This document shows, piece after piece, positions 41,848 through 51,800 of a stretch of DNA of 64,000 bases (its first letter is position 1; each line of letters starts with the position of its first letter). The notes under the pieces were generated by a model, which made no database searches, was not told the origin of the DNA, and saw only the letters and a list, made by a program, of their open reading frames with translations. The DNA lies in assembly GCA_046582655.1 (NCBI GenBank), contig JAYGDX010000280.1, positions 32,001-96,000 on the forward strand. Reading direction: 5' to 3'. Source of the stretch: Candidatus Poribacteria bacterium (lineage in GTDB: Bacteria > Poribacteria > WGA-4E > UBA9662). The translations under genes were made by a program, and so were the position numbers.

Positions 41848-42792
41848 ATGAAAATCGTAGTTTATGGTCATCTAGCAGAGGATCTGCAACAGATGATTCG
41901 GGAAGCCATGGATGGTAATACCGCGATCTTTCTAGAATCTGAAGAAGCCTTGAGGAAAGAGGGGGCCGACGCAGAAATTTTCTATGGATTTTGTCACGAA
42001 AGGATCTTTCAATTTCTACCTAGTCTCAAGTGGATTCAGTCCTCCAGTGCAGGAATGGATGGACATCTGTATCCTGCTCTCCGAGATAGTGGAGTCCTAT
42101 TGACCAATGCGGCGGGACTATACGGTTCTCACGTGGCCGATCAAGGATTTGCTTTGTTACTTAGCTTAACACGTGGTATACATCATTTTGTTCGTAATCA
42201 AGATCAGAAGATATGGGGTGGTAGTAAATCCTCGATGATTGAGATTGGTGGTTTCACCATTGGCATTGTTGGTATGGGCGGAATAGGGCAGTATATGGCT
42301 AATCGTGCCAAAGGTTTTGATATGTACGTTATTTCCGTCGATGCCTATCGAAAAGATAAACCGGACGTGGTCGACGAACTGATGCCGATAGAGCAACTAC
42401 CTGATTTGATGCACAGATCGGATGTAGTAATGATTGCTTGTCCTTTGACAGACGAGACCCGCAGCTTGATAAATGCAGAAAATCTGTCTCAAATGAAACC
42501 TACGGCTTATTTGATCAATGTTGCTCGCGGACCAATTGTCGACGAATTGGCACTTATCGATGTTCTGCAACGGGGAAAAATTGCCGGCGCTGGTTTAGAT
42601 GTCACTGAGATTGAACCGCTTTCTCAGGAAAGTCCATTATGGGAACTGGATAATGTGATTATCACGCCGCATGCCGCTGGCGGTTCGCAACATCGACCTC
42701 GTCGGACAGTTGAGTTCTTTTGCCAGAACTTAAGACGGTATTTTAACAAAGAACCCTTGCAGAACTTAGTTGACAAAAGACTGGGATTCTAA
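41848..42792 (+). CDS. D-isomer-specific 2-hydroxyacid dehydrogenase
   Basis: GIVGMGGIG, CPLTDET, LINVARG, GAGLDV..EPL, ITPHAAG. Confidence 0.93.
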   Translation: MKIVVYGHLAEDLQQMIREAMDGNTAIFLESEEALRKEGADAEIFYGFCHERIFQFLPSLKWIQSSSAGMDGHLYPALRDSGVLLTNAAGLYGSHVADQGFALLLSLTRGIHHFVRNQDQKIWGGSKSSMIEIGGFTIGIVGMGGIGQYMANRAKGFDMYVISVDAYRKDKPDVVDELMPIEQLPDLMHRSDVVMIACPLTDETRSLINAENLSQMKPTAYLINVARGPIVDELALIDVLQRGKIAGAGLDVTEIEPLSQESPLWELDNVIITPHAAGGSQHRPRRTVEFFCQNLRRYFNKEPLQNLVDKRLGF

Positions 42793-42929
42793 ATGCATTG
42801 ATAACTTCTTCTTTTCCGTTTCCCTTTAATTACTTTCCATTAGAATCTATTTAAAGTGTTATAGGTGATAATTTTCGGATGGGGAGTTAGAAATTGATAC
42901 CATCATACAGTTCATCAATACGTAGAGGA

Positions 42930-43470
42930 TAAGAACCTGTTTGGGAAAAGTAAGGAGTTGAAATAGTAAGAAGTTGCATGTGACATTTATGGAGAGAAAA
43001 AGCCTGGGTCAACCATGGAACAGAAGAATGGTAACACCGATTTGACAGATCGACAATGGCAATGTCTGTAGCCCTATCTGCCAAGTTCCGACCTACGAGG
43101 AGCCCCTCTGGTCCGATGGGATCAATGGCTGATTCTCAATACCATCTGCTACCTGGTTACTACTGGTAGATGCAGCCCAAGGATTTTCATGTTCGAGTAG
43201 GTTGTAATTCCAATCATACAGTCTCGGAAATTGGTTCCCTTTGATACTACCTAATTGGGTTGGTTAGCTGACACAAGAAAACAACTACAATCATCCTTTA
43301 ACCCATTGGCAAATCACCCACCAGATTATTCATTGACTGGGAAAGGCGAGCAGTTGATTATTCGTAGATAGTCTTTTATACGAGTGGGTTATTGTCTAAA
43401 TGCAAAATTATGGCTAGCTAGTAACGGAGACCAAAAGGTAAATGGCCAGAGGGGATTCTAAAATGATTCG
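42930..43470 (+). mobile_element. Degraded IS5-family transposase remnant
   Basis: From 43015: MEQKNGNTDLTDRQWQCL*PYLP...WLILNTICYLVTTG, then frameshifted QPKDF and GDQKVNGQRG (about 43425-43455). These match the SDLTDxQW..LP, LNAIxYxxxTG, PxDF and GxKKVxGRK blocks. Confidence 0.75.
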
Positions 43471-43703
43471 GTATGCGCGAGTCAAACCATCCTGACAACT
43501 TGCTATCGATGAAAGTAACTTCTCGAGCAGCTGGTTGACTTTACAATTATAAGACATTGATTTACCTTGCAAGAAGTTTTTTGTTATTATGCAATAACAT
43601 AAACTTAAATTTTTTCAGGATCTGCTTTTAGTTCCTGAAGTATTGGTTGGATAATCGATTAAATTTAATTACTAACAATTTCGATGAAGTAAGGGGATTA
43701 CAA

Positions 43704-44435
43704 ATGACTAAGTCAACATGTTTTTGCTATCGTATTTGTCTTATCTTGATAGTAACATTGGTAGTTAGCCCTTTGGCTTTAGCACTCCACGAGCCAAAGA
43801 AAGGCCCAAGCGAATGGCGTGGGTACAAATTTAAGGAACAGGACATAAAAAAAGCTAAAGATGAATGTGATGATGGAGGTAAACCGCTACCAGAGTATGT
43901 GCCGACAGTACGGGATGGGGAACCCAATCTTGCCTTGCTTGAACAAGGAGGCTTTAAAGTTCTAAATACAATTGCAGGTTGGTGCCCCAAACGTCATTGC
44001 GACAAGTACATTAATGATGGTTTTTACAACAATTGTCGCGGTTGGATTATTGGTGCTCTACCGTCATGGGGCCAAATTGACATCGGTAGTGTGGGGACAG
44101 TCAATCGGATATTTATGGGTAGCGATCATTCGCAAGGCTTTGCGGATCGTACTCCAGCTGACTTTGATATCTTGGTTGCAACTACCAAAGCCGCTGAGAA
44201 GTCAAATGCGGCCACTTGGACAAAGGTCTATGAACACAAAGGTGACCCCATCCGTGAAACAACAGAGATTAAGTTTAAAGAAACCGAAGCACGATGGGTT
44301 CGTATACACATTCGAGGTGCTGATGGAGCTCGTATCGATGAACTGGAGATTTATGGTGGGCGTAACCCTTTAGCGGTTGATCCTGTGGGCAAACTGACAA
44401 CGATCTGGTCACAAATGAAAACTTATCCTCAGTAG
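43704..44435 (+). CDS. Exported Cys-rich discoidin (F5/8 type C-like) domain protein
   Basis: Signal peptide ...SPLALA; INDGFYNN, WGQIDIG, EARWVRIHI, IDELEIYG; tail AVDPVGKLTTIWSQMK. Start ATG 43704 after AAGGGG. Confidence 0.8.
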   Translation: MTKSTCFCYRICLILIVTLVVSPLALALHEPKKGPSEWRGYKFKEQDIKKAKDECDDGGKPLPEYVPTVRDGEPNLALLEQGGFKVLNTIAGWCPKRHCDKYINDGFYNNCRGWIIGALPSWGQIDIGSVGTVNRIFMGSDHSQGFADRTPADFDILVATTKAAEKSNAATWTKVYEHKGDPIRETTEIKFKETEARWVRIHIRGADGARIDELEIYGGRNPLAVDPVGKLTTIWSQMKTYPQ

Positions 44436-44456
44436 GATTTTATCTGTCTGGAATTA

Positions 44457-44495
44457 GCGGGTGAAACATCAAGTATAGGCATTTGTTTCACTCGC
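44457..44495 (+). terminator. Stem-loop downstream of the discoidin gene
   Basis: GCGGGTGAAACA / TGTTTCACTCGC (one G-U pair), followed by a weak T-rich tail. Confidence 0.5.
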
Positions 44496-44535
44496 CTTAT
44501 TCACTGATTCGATATCCGCCTGAACCGGTTTTGCC

Positions 44536-46408
44536 ATGGAGGTTTCAATGATTCTAAAAGACGGTTGGTCATCAGCTTATCTCTGTATTTTGGGTTTGAT
44601 TGCATTAGTCAGCGTGAATCAGGTTTCTGCTGCCTTTACTAACGTAACTCAATCAGCTGGTTTAGATAGATATGAAATCGACCTTTTCGATAGTTCTGCC
44701 CATGGCGTAGCTTGGGCGGATTATGATAATGATGGGGATCTTGATCTCTACCTTCCCTACCGTTTTAAGTTCTCCCGGTTCTGCAAAAACAATGGTGATG
44801 GGACCTTTTCCGATGTTACGGAAAAAATTCGGCATTCAAGGGTATATGAGTGCTTGTTTCGCAGATTACGACAACGATGGGGATCTCGATCTCTTTGTCA
44901 TCAATTTCCTGAAGCCGAATGCCCTGTACAAAAACAACAATGATGGAACTTTTTCTGATGTGACTGCTTTGAGCCGGGTGGGCGATGATCGTGGTGATAC
45001 CTATGGTATTACTTTGGGAGACTATGACAAAGATGGAGATCTCGATTTTTATGTCACTAGCTATCTGTTTTATCCTGATCAGTTTTATGGCAATAACGGA
45101 GACGGAACTTTCACCAATCTCTCAGATAAACGGGGTTTTAAGAACTTAGAGGAAAGAGGTTTGGGGGTGCTTTCCCTGGATTACGACAATGACAGGGATC
45201 TAGACATCTACGTGGCTAACGACTTTGGAGATGATGTGCTGTACCAAAATCAGGGTGATGGAACTTTTCGTGATGTCGCAGCTAAAGTTGGTATTGATAA
45301 ACCCTTTAATGCCATGGGTGTGACCGCTGGTGACTACGATAACGATCTGGATCTAGATATCTATATCACAAATGGAGGTACCAACGTTTTGTACCGAAAT
45401 AATGGGGATGGAACCTTCACCAATGTTGCCAAAGAGGCAGGTGTGGAAGATCGCCCCGATATTGGTTGGGGTACCTCTTTCTTTGATTATGACAATGACG
45501 GCGATTTAGATCTTTATGTGGTGAACGGTAGCTTAGAAAACGTTGGCAAGATCCCTGGAAACCCAAGTTGGCCAAACAGATCCGGGCCGAATGTTTTATA
45601 TCGGAATGATGGAGATGGGACCTTTACCGACGTTAGCGAGAGAGAAGGTGTAAAAGATGATGGCAAAGGCCGAGGCAGTTCAATTGGCGATTATGATAAC
45701 GATGGTGATTTAGACATTTACGTGGTTAACATCAATAGACATGATGTGTTATATCGCAACGAAGGTAATCCTAACCATTGGCTGCAAATCAAACCTCGGG
45801 CAAATTATCAAAGCTTATGGATTGGGACACGTATTAAGGCGGTAGCTGGAGACCTCAGGCAAATCCGGGAGATTCGTGCCGGATCAAGCTATGTTTCACA
45901 GGAAAGCATGGTTGCGGCATTCGGGCTGGGAGGATACGAAAAAGTAAATGAAATTGAAATTCGTTGGCCTAACGGTGCAATTCAAACCCTGAAAAATATG
46001 AAGGCAGACCAACTGCTGGTTGTTACCCCTGAGTCATGGACAATCCAAGCTCAGGTGGACCCATCCGGTCTCAAATTAACCAAGTGGGGAAAGGTTCGGC
46101 GTTTAGCCCTATACCCTAATTATCCGAACCCTTTCAATCCCGAAACTTGGATTCCTTTTCAACTAGCAGAAAAAGCCAAAATTAAAATCGAAGTTTATAA
46201 TATTCATGGTCAACTTATGCGTGTCTTGGAACTTGGTAAAAAAGGTCCGGGATTATACCTGACCCCATCCCAAGCTGCTTATTGGGATGGGAAAAATGAA
46301 GGAGGAGAAAAAGTTTCAAGCGGTATTTATTTCTATCGGTTAATAGCAACTGCCGACGAAAGCCAGCAGAAACAGTCAGCTATTGATAGAATGGTTCTGA
46401 TCAAATAA
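44536..46408 (+). CDS. Exported FG-GAP/ASPIC (CRTAC1-like) protein with a C-terminal FlgD-Ig/T9SS-CTD-like domain; frameshifted at an A6 run (44822-44827)
   Basis: ORFs 44536..44943 and 44723..46408 join if one A is removed: ...FSDVTEK|FGIQGYMSACFADYDNDGD; later NHWLQI, GSSYVSQ, WPNG, NYPNPFNPETWIPF, WDGKNEGGEKVSSGIYFY. Confidence 0.85.
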
Positions 46409-46437
46409 TATTCAATATCCAATATAAGTCGAATGTA

Positions 46438-47226
46438 ATGACAATTGAAAGGAAGCGTATAGCTTCCCGTATGGTTTCAATTTTCGTCGCTGTGGCGATG
46501 ATGAGTGCCGTTTCAGTTTGGGCTAAGCATAACCCTAAACAGGGCCCCAAAGAGCTTAACGGCGTAAAATTTATCGCGCAAGACATGGATCAAGCAAAGA
46601 AAGAATGTGATCACGGCGACAAAGGGGAACCGGAATTTGCTCCAACCGTTAGAGATGGGGAACCTAATCTGGCATTGATGGTGGGTGCTAAACCATCAGT
46701 TTCTGATGAAATTGCAGACGGTGGCTACTGCCCCAAACCCCACAACCCCAAAGGAAAAGATATAGGGCGGCATTGTGGCGTTTATATCAATGATGGTTTC
46801 TACAATAACTGCCGAAGTTGGATTGGCGGGAAATATCCGGGTTGGGTACAGATTGACCTAGGAAAAGTCGCAAATGTCAATCGGGTGTTTTTCGGTAGCG
46901 ATCATTCTCAAGGTTTTGCCGACCGGGCTGCCACCGAATTTAATATTCTTGTAGCTACAGACAAAGCTGACAAAGATTCCACTGCTGCCAGCTGGAAAAA
47001 AGCTTTTACATATAAAAATGGAGAAAAACCCATCCGGGAAACCGCAGAGTTTAAGTTTGCTGCTGTCAAAGCTCGATATGTGCGAATTCATGTTATTGCC
47101 CCTGACGGCTCGCGTATCGATGAACTTGAAATTTATGGCGGGAAATCTCCTTTAGGTGATGGGGCGGCTGTGCGAGCAGCTGGTAAATTATCTGCCAATT
47201 GGGGGCAGATTAAGCATAGTTTCTAG
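46438..47226 (+). CDS. Exported Cys-rich discoidin (F5/8 type C-like) protein, paralog of 43704..44435
   Basis: Signal ...AVSVWA; PTVRDGEPNLAL, YINDGFYNNCR, GSDHSQGFADR, RIDELEIYGG; tail AVRAAGKLSANWGQIK. Confidence 0.8.
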   Translation: MTIERKRIASRMVSIFVAVAMMSAVSVWAKHNPKQGPKELNGVKFIAQDMDQAKKECDHGDKGEPEFAPTVRDGEPNLALMVGAKPSVSDEIADGGYCPKPHNPKGKDIGRHCGVYINDGFYNNCRSWIGGKYPGWVQIDLGKVANVNRVFFGSDHSQGFADRAATEFNILVATDKADKDSTAASWKKAFTYKNGEKPIRETAEFKFAAVKARYVRIHVIAPDGSRIDELEIYGGKSPLGDGAAVRAAGKLSANWGQIKHSF

Positions 47227-47258
47227 CCTTATACTCATAATCTAATTGTGTTTTTTTT

Positions 47259-47320
47259 GATCTCCTAATCCAATTTTAGCTGCTGTGTTTAATCAAGCGT
47301 TAAAGTTGGTTTGGGAGATC
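47259..47320. other. Imperfect inverted repeat between the discoidin and di-haem genes
   Basis: GATCTCCtaatCCAAtTTTAgC ... GtTAAAgTTGGtttgGGAGATC, preceded by a T8 run. Confidence 0.45.
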
Positions 47321-47470
47321 TTGATATGTGGCTGAGGAACATATTCATTCACATTAGAATTTAGTATGTATTTTATGTCATATTCCACCTAAATTGTTTT
47401 ACTCATTTTAAATAAACAATTTGGGTAGGAAGTGCCCTCTTCGTTCTCCCAAAAAAACTGACCGATCCTG

Positions 47471-49792
47471 ATGATGATACTGAGAGCAGTAAAATACGCG
47501 TTCATTTCCGCCTTTTTAATAGTTTTTTCTTCGGTTGGATTCTCTCAGGATATCGGTGACCTACCTAATGTTAAACATACTGAACAAGAAGCAATTGATA
47601 ACGGTTCCCTTTCTTTTAAGGAGCTTTTCGATATCGGTGGAAAATTGTTTACCGTCGATTTCAGCACCTTGGACGGTTATGGACGTCCCAACGTCAATGC
47701 TAACGGTATTTTGAATGAGTTAGCTGGTCGGGTACTCGGTGATAAACCCAACGATCTTTTCACCCGAACCTTTGGTCCAGATGCCAGCTCTTGCGTGGAA
47801 TGTCATAACAAACCCTTTGCCGGCGGCGCTGGAGGCAACGTGGCTAATGTTTTTATCCGGTCATGGGATTCCAGACACCCTTTTTCCGTTAAAGAAGGAC
47901 ATTCTAACGAACGGAACACTAAACATGTTTTTGGTTCCGGGGGGCTCGAACTACTAGCTGAGGAAATGACAGCGAAGTTACAAGCTACTAAAAGTCAAGC
48001 AATCATCCAAGCTGCTCGTACTGGACAATTCGTACGACGTCCCCTTAAAGCCAAGGGCGTGAATTTTGGCAGTTTGGTTGCTATGCCTGATGGTGTTGTT
48101 GATACAAGTGATGTTGTCGGTGTTTCTGCAGACTTGATAATTAAACCGTTTGGTTCAAAAGGCACGATTGAAAGTATAAGAAAGTTCACCACCAATCCCT
48201 TAGTCCACCATCACGGGATTCAAGCAGATGAAAGGTTGGAAGATGACCCTAAAAAAGAGATTCATCCTTTCCATCAATGGGATGATGGTGATGGTTACGA
48301 TCATGAAGCCACACGCGGTGATGTCACAGCACTGGTAATCTGGCAAGCGGCTCAACCGGTGCCTGTTCAGATAATTCCGGATAACCCCGTGGTGGCTCAA
48401 GCGGTAGCTGAAGGCACTAAGGCATTCGAAGAAATTGGCTGTGCAACATGTCATATTCCCCAACTTATTGTTGATGATCCTATTTTCCGTGAACCCAGTC
48501 GCATAGATCCAACAAAGTCTTTCAGTTTCGATATTACGCGTGACGGTCCTGAACCCCATTTTGAAAGAACCGCTGACGGTAAAGCCGTGGTTTATGCCTA
48601 CACGGATTTGAAACGGCACTATATGGGTGAGGGCTTGCGAGAACCGTTGGATGAACTTGGGGTTGATGCCGCAGTTTTCATGACGGCGGAACTGTGGGGT
48701 GTCGGTAATACCGGTCCCTGGATGTTTAACGGTCGCGCCTTTACTCTGGATCGAGCCATTCGTATGCACGGTGGTGAGGCACAGGCCAGCCGAGACGAAT
48801 ATGCGGCCTTACCTGACCAAAAACAACGTGAACTTGTCGAGTTCCTGAAGTCGTTGGTACTTCCCCCCAATTTCCAAGCAGACATACAACTAGAAAAAGG
48901 GCTTAACATGGTTTCTCTACCTTTGAAACCCTACTCTCCTTTCTCTGCCAGCCATTTGGCGCAGAAACTGGGAACTTCGATTGTTATCCGGTTTAATTCA
49001 CAAATACAACAATTTGAGGGATTCACCGTATCTGATCCCCCACCAGGATTTGCTGTCGAGGGAGGAAAAGCATACGTGGTCAATGCCATGCAGCCAGCAA
49101 CTATCACGATTACTGGAGACGCTTGGCATCGTGGAGAACCGAATGTTCGGCCTTTTATGCGGGCACCATCTGCAACAAAGGAACAAACCAAATGGGCATT
49201 CATTCTTTGTGGCAAACTCAAAGACGCTGACCTCTCGCAAAAATATATAGTCTCTGCTCGGAATCAGCGAACCGGTATGCGAACAGCAGACATTGTTTCA
49301 TCTAAGAAGAACGCATTTTCAATTGTATGGGTAGGTTACGCTAATCAGTCTATCATCGCGCGTCAGGATATTCTCAAAATCACAGTCGAAGACGAAAGCA
49401 ATCAACGTGTTATCGGAGAATTAGAACATTCAATAGATGACCATGAGTTTGACCAGGCATATGTTTATTTGGAGTTAGGCTTAGAAGATGTCATGCCGTT
49501 ACAGACGGTTCTGGCCCAGAATTATCCCAATCCATTCAATCCGGAGACATGGATACCGTATAAGCTTTCAGAATCAGGAACAGTTGAGATCCAAATTTAC
49601 GATGCCAGAGGGAAAATTGTCCGCAAATTGGATTTGGGAATGAAGCCGACAGGAATATATTTTGATCAAGCATATGCTGCCTATTGGGATGGCACTAATA
49701 CGGTGGGTGAACAGGTAGCCAGCGGAACATATTTCTACACCTTCACAACCGGCACATTTTCTCAAACAAAGAAACTGGTTATTGCCAGATAA
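47471..49792 (+). CDS. Exported di-haem cytochrome c oxidoreductase (DHOR-like) with a C-terminal FlgD-Ig/T9SS-CTD-like domain
   Basis: Signal peptide; CVECH and CATCH; RNT..VFGSG, YTDLKRHYMG, LWGVG..GPW..NGRA..AIRMHGGEA, FLKSL; then GLNMVSLPLKP and QNYPNPFNPETWIPY..WDG..VASGTYFY. Confidence 0.85.
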   Translation: MMILRAVKYAFISAFLIVFSSVGFSQDIGDLPNVKHTEQEAIDNGSLSFKELFDIGGKLFTVDFSTLDGYGRPNVNANGILNELAGRVLGDKPNDLFTRTFGPDASSCVECHNKPFAGGAGGNVANVFIRSWDSRHPFSVKEGHSNERNTKHVFGSGGLELLAEEMTAKLQATKSQAIIQAARTGQFVRRPLKAKGVNFGSLVAMPDGVVDTSDVVGVSADLIIKPFGSKGTIESIRKFTTNPLVHHHGIQADERLEDDPKKEIHPFHQWDDGDGYDHEATRGDVTALVIWQAAQPVPVQIIPDNPVVAQAVAEGTKAFEEIGCATCHIPQLIVDDPIFREPSRIDPTKSFSFDITRDGPEPHFERTADGKAVVYAYTDLKRHYMGEGLREPLDELGVDAAVFMTAELWGVGNTGPWMFNGRAFTLDRAIRMHGGEAQASRDEYAALPDQKQRELVEFLKSLVLPPNFQADIQLEKGLNMVSLPLKPYSPFSASHLAQKLGTSIVIRFNSQIQQFEGFTVSDPPPGFAVEGGKAYVVNAMQPATITITGDAWHRGEPNVRPFMRAPSATKEQTKWAFILCGKLKDADLSQKYIVSARNQRTGMRTADIVSSKKNAFSIVWVGYANQSIIARQDILKITVEDESNQRVIGELEHSIDDHEFDQAYVYLELGLEDVMPLQTVLAQNYPNPFNPETWIPYKLSESGTVEIQIYDARGKIVRKLDLGMKPTGIYFDQAYAAYWDGTNTVGEQVASGTYFYTFTTGTFSQTKKLVIAR

Positions 49793-49898
49793 AATGTCGT
49801 TCACTTGTTATGAGTTGCCATTTTAAAATATTTGATTGTTTTCTTAATTATGTTATCACTAAACTGGCACCTGATTAAAAAAGGGGAATATTGAGGTT

Positions 49899-50735
49899 TT
49901 GACAGAAACAGAAAAATATGAATTTGATAGACAGGGATTTATTATCCTACCCGATTTCCTGACCCAGCAGGAAGTCGACTGTCTGAAACCGGCTATCCAG
50001 AAACTTGAAAAACACGCCAGGGAACATTACCAACTGGAACCACGCAACGTCAGGAAACCTAACTACCATTTTAATCCTGAAGGTGGATATCACGTAACAG
50101 GCGGACACCAACATGGCCAGACCCTGATAATTGAGGATTTTTTCAATTTTGATCCTGCATTCGACTTTTTGGTAAATCACTCAAAAACCATGGATTACAT
50201 TGATGGTATTGTTAGGGAAAAAATAGCAATCAATAATTCCGAATTGCGGGTGAGGTACACAGGTAATTTCTCAGGAGGACATGGAGGCGGTTATGGGCGT
50301 AGTCATAAACATCGGTACTCGATTGGAGCTGATGGTATTGACTGCATGATGGTCCGTTTCATTTATTTTACGCATGATGTCAGTAACGAAGGGGGTGCCT
50401 TTTGCGTTGTACCCGGCAGTCACAAGTCAGCCTTCCTTTGCCCATATAAATGCAGTATAGATGAGGAACCTGGTGTGATTGGGTTAGAGGTCAAAGCTGG
50501 GGATGCAATTCTATTTACCGAACATCTCCGTCATGGTGGGTTCACTAATCACAAAGATGAAACTCGGATGACACTACATGTTGGTTATGGCCCCTACTGG
50601 ATGATGTCGCAGAACATTGCTACTATGGATGAACCATTATTCATTAAGCCAGAAACTTGGGTACGTTATGACCAAGAACAGAAAGAACTATTCCAACCTT
50701 GGTTGCGGCAAGGTCCAGAATATCAATTGGAGTAA
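49899..50735 (+). CDS. PhyH family oxygenase with HGG in place of HxD
   Basis: EKYEFDRQGF, HGG, YFTHDV, FCVVPGSHK, KAGDAILFTEHLRHGG. Confidence 0.85.
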   Translation: MTETEKYEFDRQGFIILPDFLTQQEVDCLKPAIQKLEKHAREHYQLEPRNVRKPNYHFNPEGGYHVTGGHQHGQTLIIEDFFNFDPAFDFLVNHSKTMDYIDGIVREKIAINNSELRVRYTGNFSGGHGGGYGRSHKHRYSIGADGIDCMMVRFIYFTHDVSNEGGAFCVVPGSHKSAFLCPYKCSIDEEPGVIGLEVKAGDAILFTEHLRHGGFTNHKDETRMTLHVGYGPYWMMSQNIATMDEPLFIKPETWVRYDQEQKELFQPWLRQGPEYQLE

Positions 50736-50855
50736 CCTCAGGATTATTCTAAATCCCAGATGAGTTTTGGGGAGAAGATTTACCTACTTGAAGTGACATT
50801 TTGTGGCTATGTTTATAGGGTTGAATTACAATTTACAATTGGGTTGAGGTAAGGA

Positions 50856-51689
50856 TTGAAAATGGAATTGAAATCATCAGATCTAGAGATATCTTCTGGG
50901 CGTTTAGATTTAGCTGAAAAAGATTTGCGAACCGTCGGATTCCACATTGTTGAAAATGTAATTACTGCTGAAGACGCGGATGAAGCACGTGAAGCCACAC
51001 TGGCTCTCGCTAAAACTGAGGCCAAAAATGGTAAAGGCAGTATCTATGGAGAGGATAAAATTCGTCGCGTCTGGGCGTTAGTTAGTAAAGGCACTATTTT
51101 TTGCCAACTTATCCAGCACCCGACAGTAATCGCCATTTGGAAACGATTTTTGGGTGAGGATGTGATTGCTTCCACTTTTACCGCTAACATCGTTGGACCA
51201 GGAGCCCCTGCAGGTGGCTGGCACATTGATTACCCTTATTGGGCAATGTCTCCACCTTTTCCCGAAGGATCTTTAACGGGACAAACAGTTTGGATGTTAG
51301 ACGACTTCACGCCGGATAATGGACCAACAGCATGTATTCCCAACTCGCATAAAATACTACGGCCTCCCACACCTGGAGAAGCAGACAAACAGCAAATGGC
51401 TGTTGCAACTGCACCTAAAGGATCCATACTGTTTACAAATGGCGCCATATGGCATCAATGCCTGCCAAATACAACCAACCAGTCACGCGTCGGATTATTG
51501 GGGATGTACAATCGCTCGGTAATTTATCCTCAAGAAGATATGCCACGTCAATTGACTGACCATCAATTAGAGGGTCAAAGTGATATGTTGAAGCAACTTC
51601 TAGGTCGAAAGATGCAGTTCCGCGATCCAGACAACGGTATTACCTGGCGTCGGACAGAAACGGGATTTGGCACACACGATGCCACCTAG
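50856..51689 (+). CDS. PhyH family Fe(II)/2OG oxygenase
   Basis: GFHIVENV, WHID, WMLDDFTPDNGPT..IPNSH, PKGS....GAIWH, NTTNQSR. Confidence 0.88.
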   Translation: MKMELKSSDLEISSGRLDLAEKDLRTVGFHIVENVITAEDADEAREATLALAKTEAKNGKGSIYGEDKIRRVWALVSKGTIFCQLIQHPTVIAIWKRFLGEDVIASTFTANIVGPGAPAGGWHIDYPYWAMSPPFPEGSLTGQTVWMLDDFTPDNGPTACIPNSHKILRPPTPGEADKQQMAVATAPKGSILFTNGAIWHQCLPNTTNQSRVGLLGMYNRSVIYPQEDMPRQLTDHQLEGQSDMLKQLLGRKMQFRDPDNGITWRRTETGFGTHDAT

Positions 51690-51800
51690 ATCTAAGCACA
51701 TAGTTCTACCGTTACATTTTGACTGCCTAGTTTTAAGAATCATACATCAAGACAAAAAACGTTCTGTTTTCAACCGTGACTCAGGAGGAATTATTTTTCC

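Noticed and set aside
48200..48769. 189-aa minus-strand ORF and the many other short nested ORFs in the track
   Set aside because: They lie within well-supported genes in other frames or strands and show no motifs
46100..49792. Calling the NYPNPFNP tails proof of a type IX secretion system
   Set aside because: No T9SS machinery genes in the window; the FlgD-Ig-like tail alone is insufficient
42930..49792. Composite transposon carrying the secreted-protein cassette
   Set aside because: Only one heavily decayed IS copy is visible, with no second copy or matching right end
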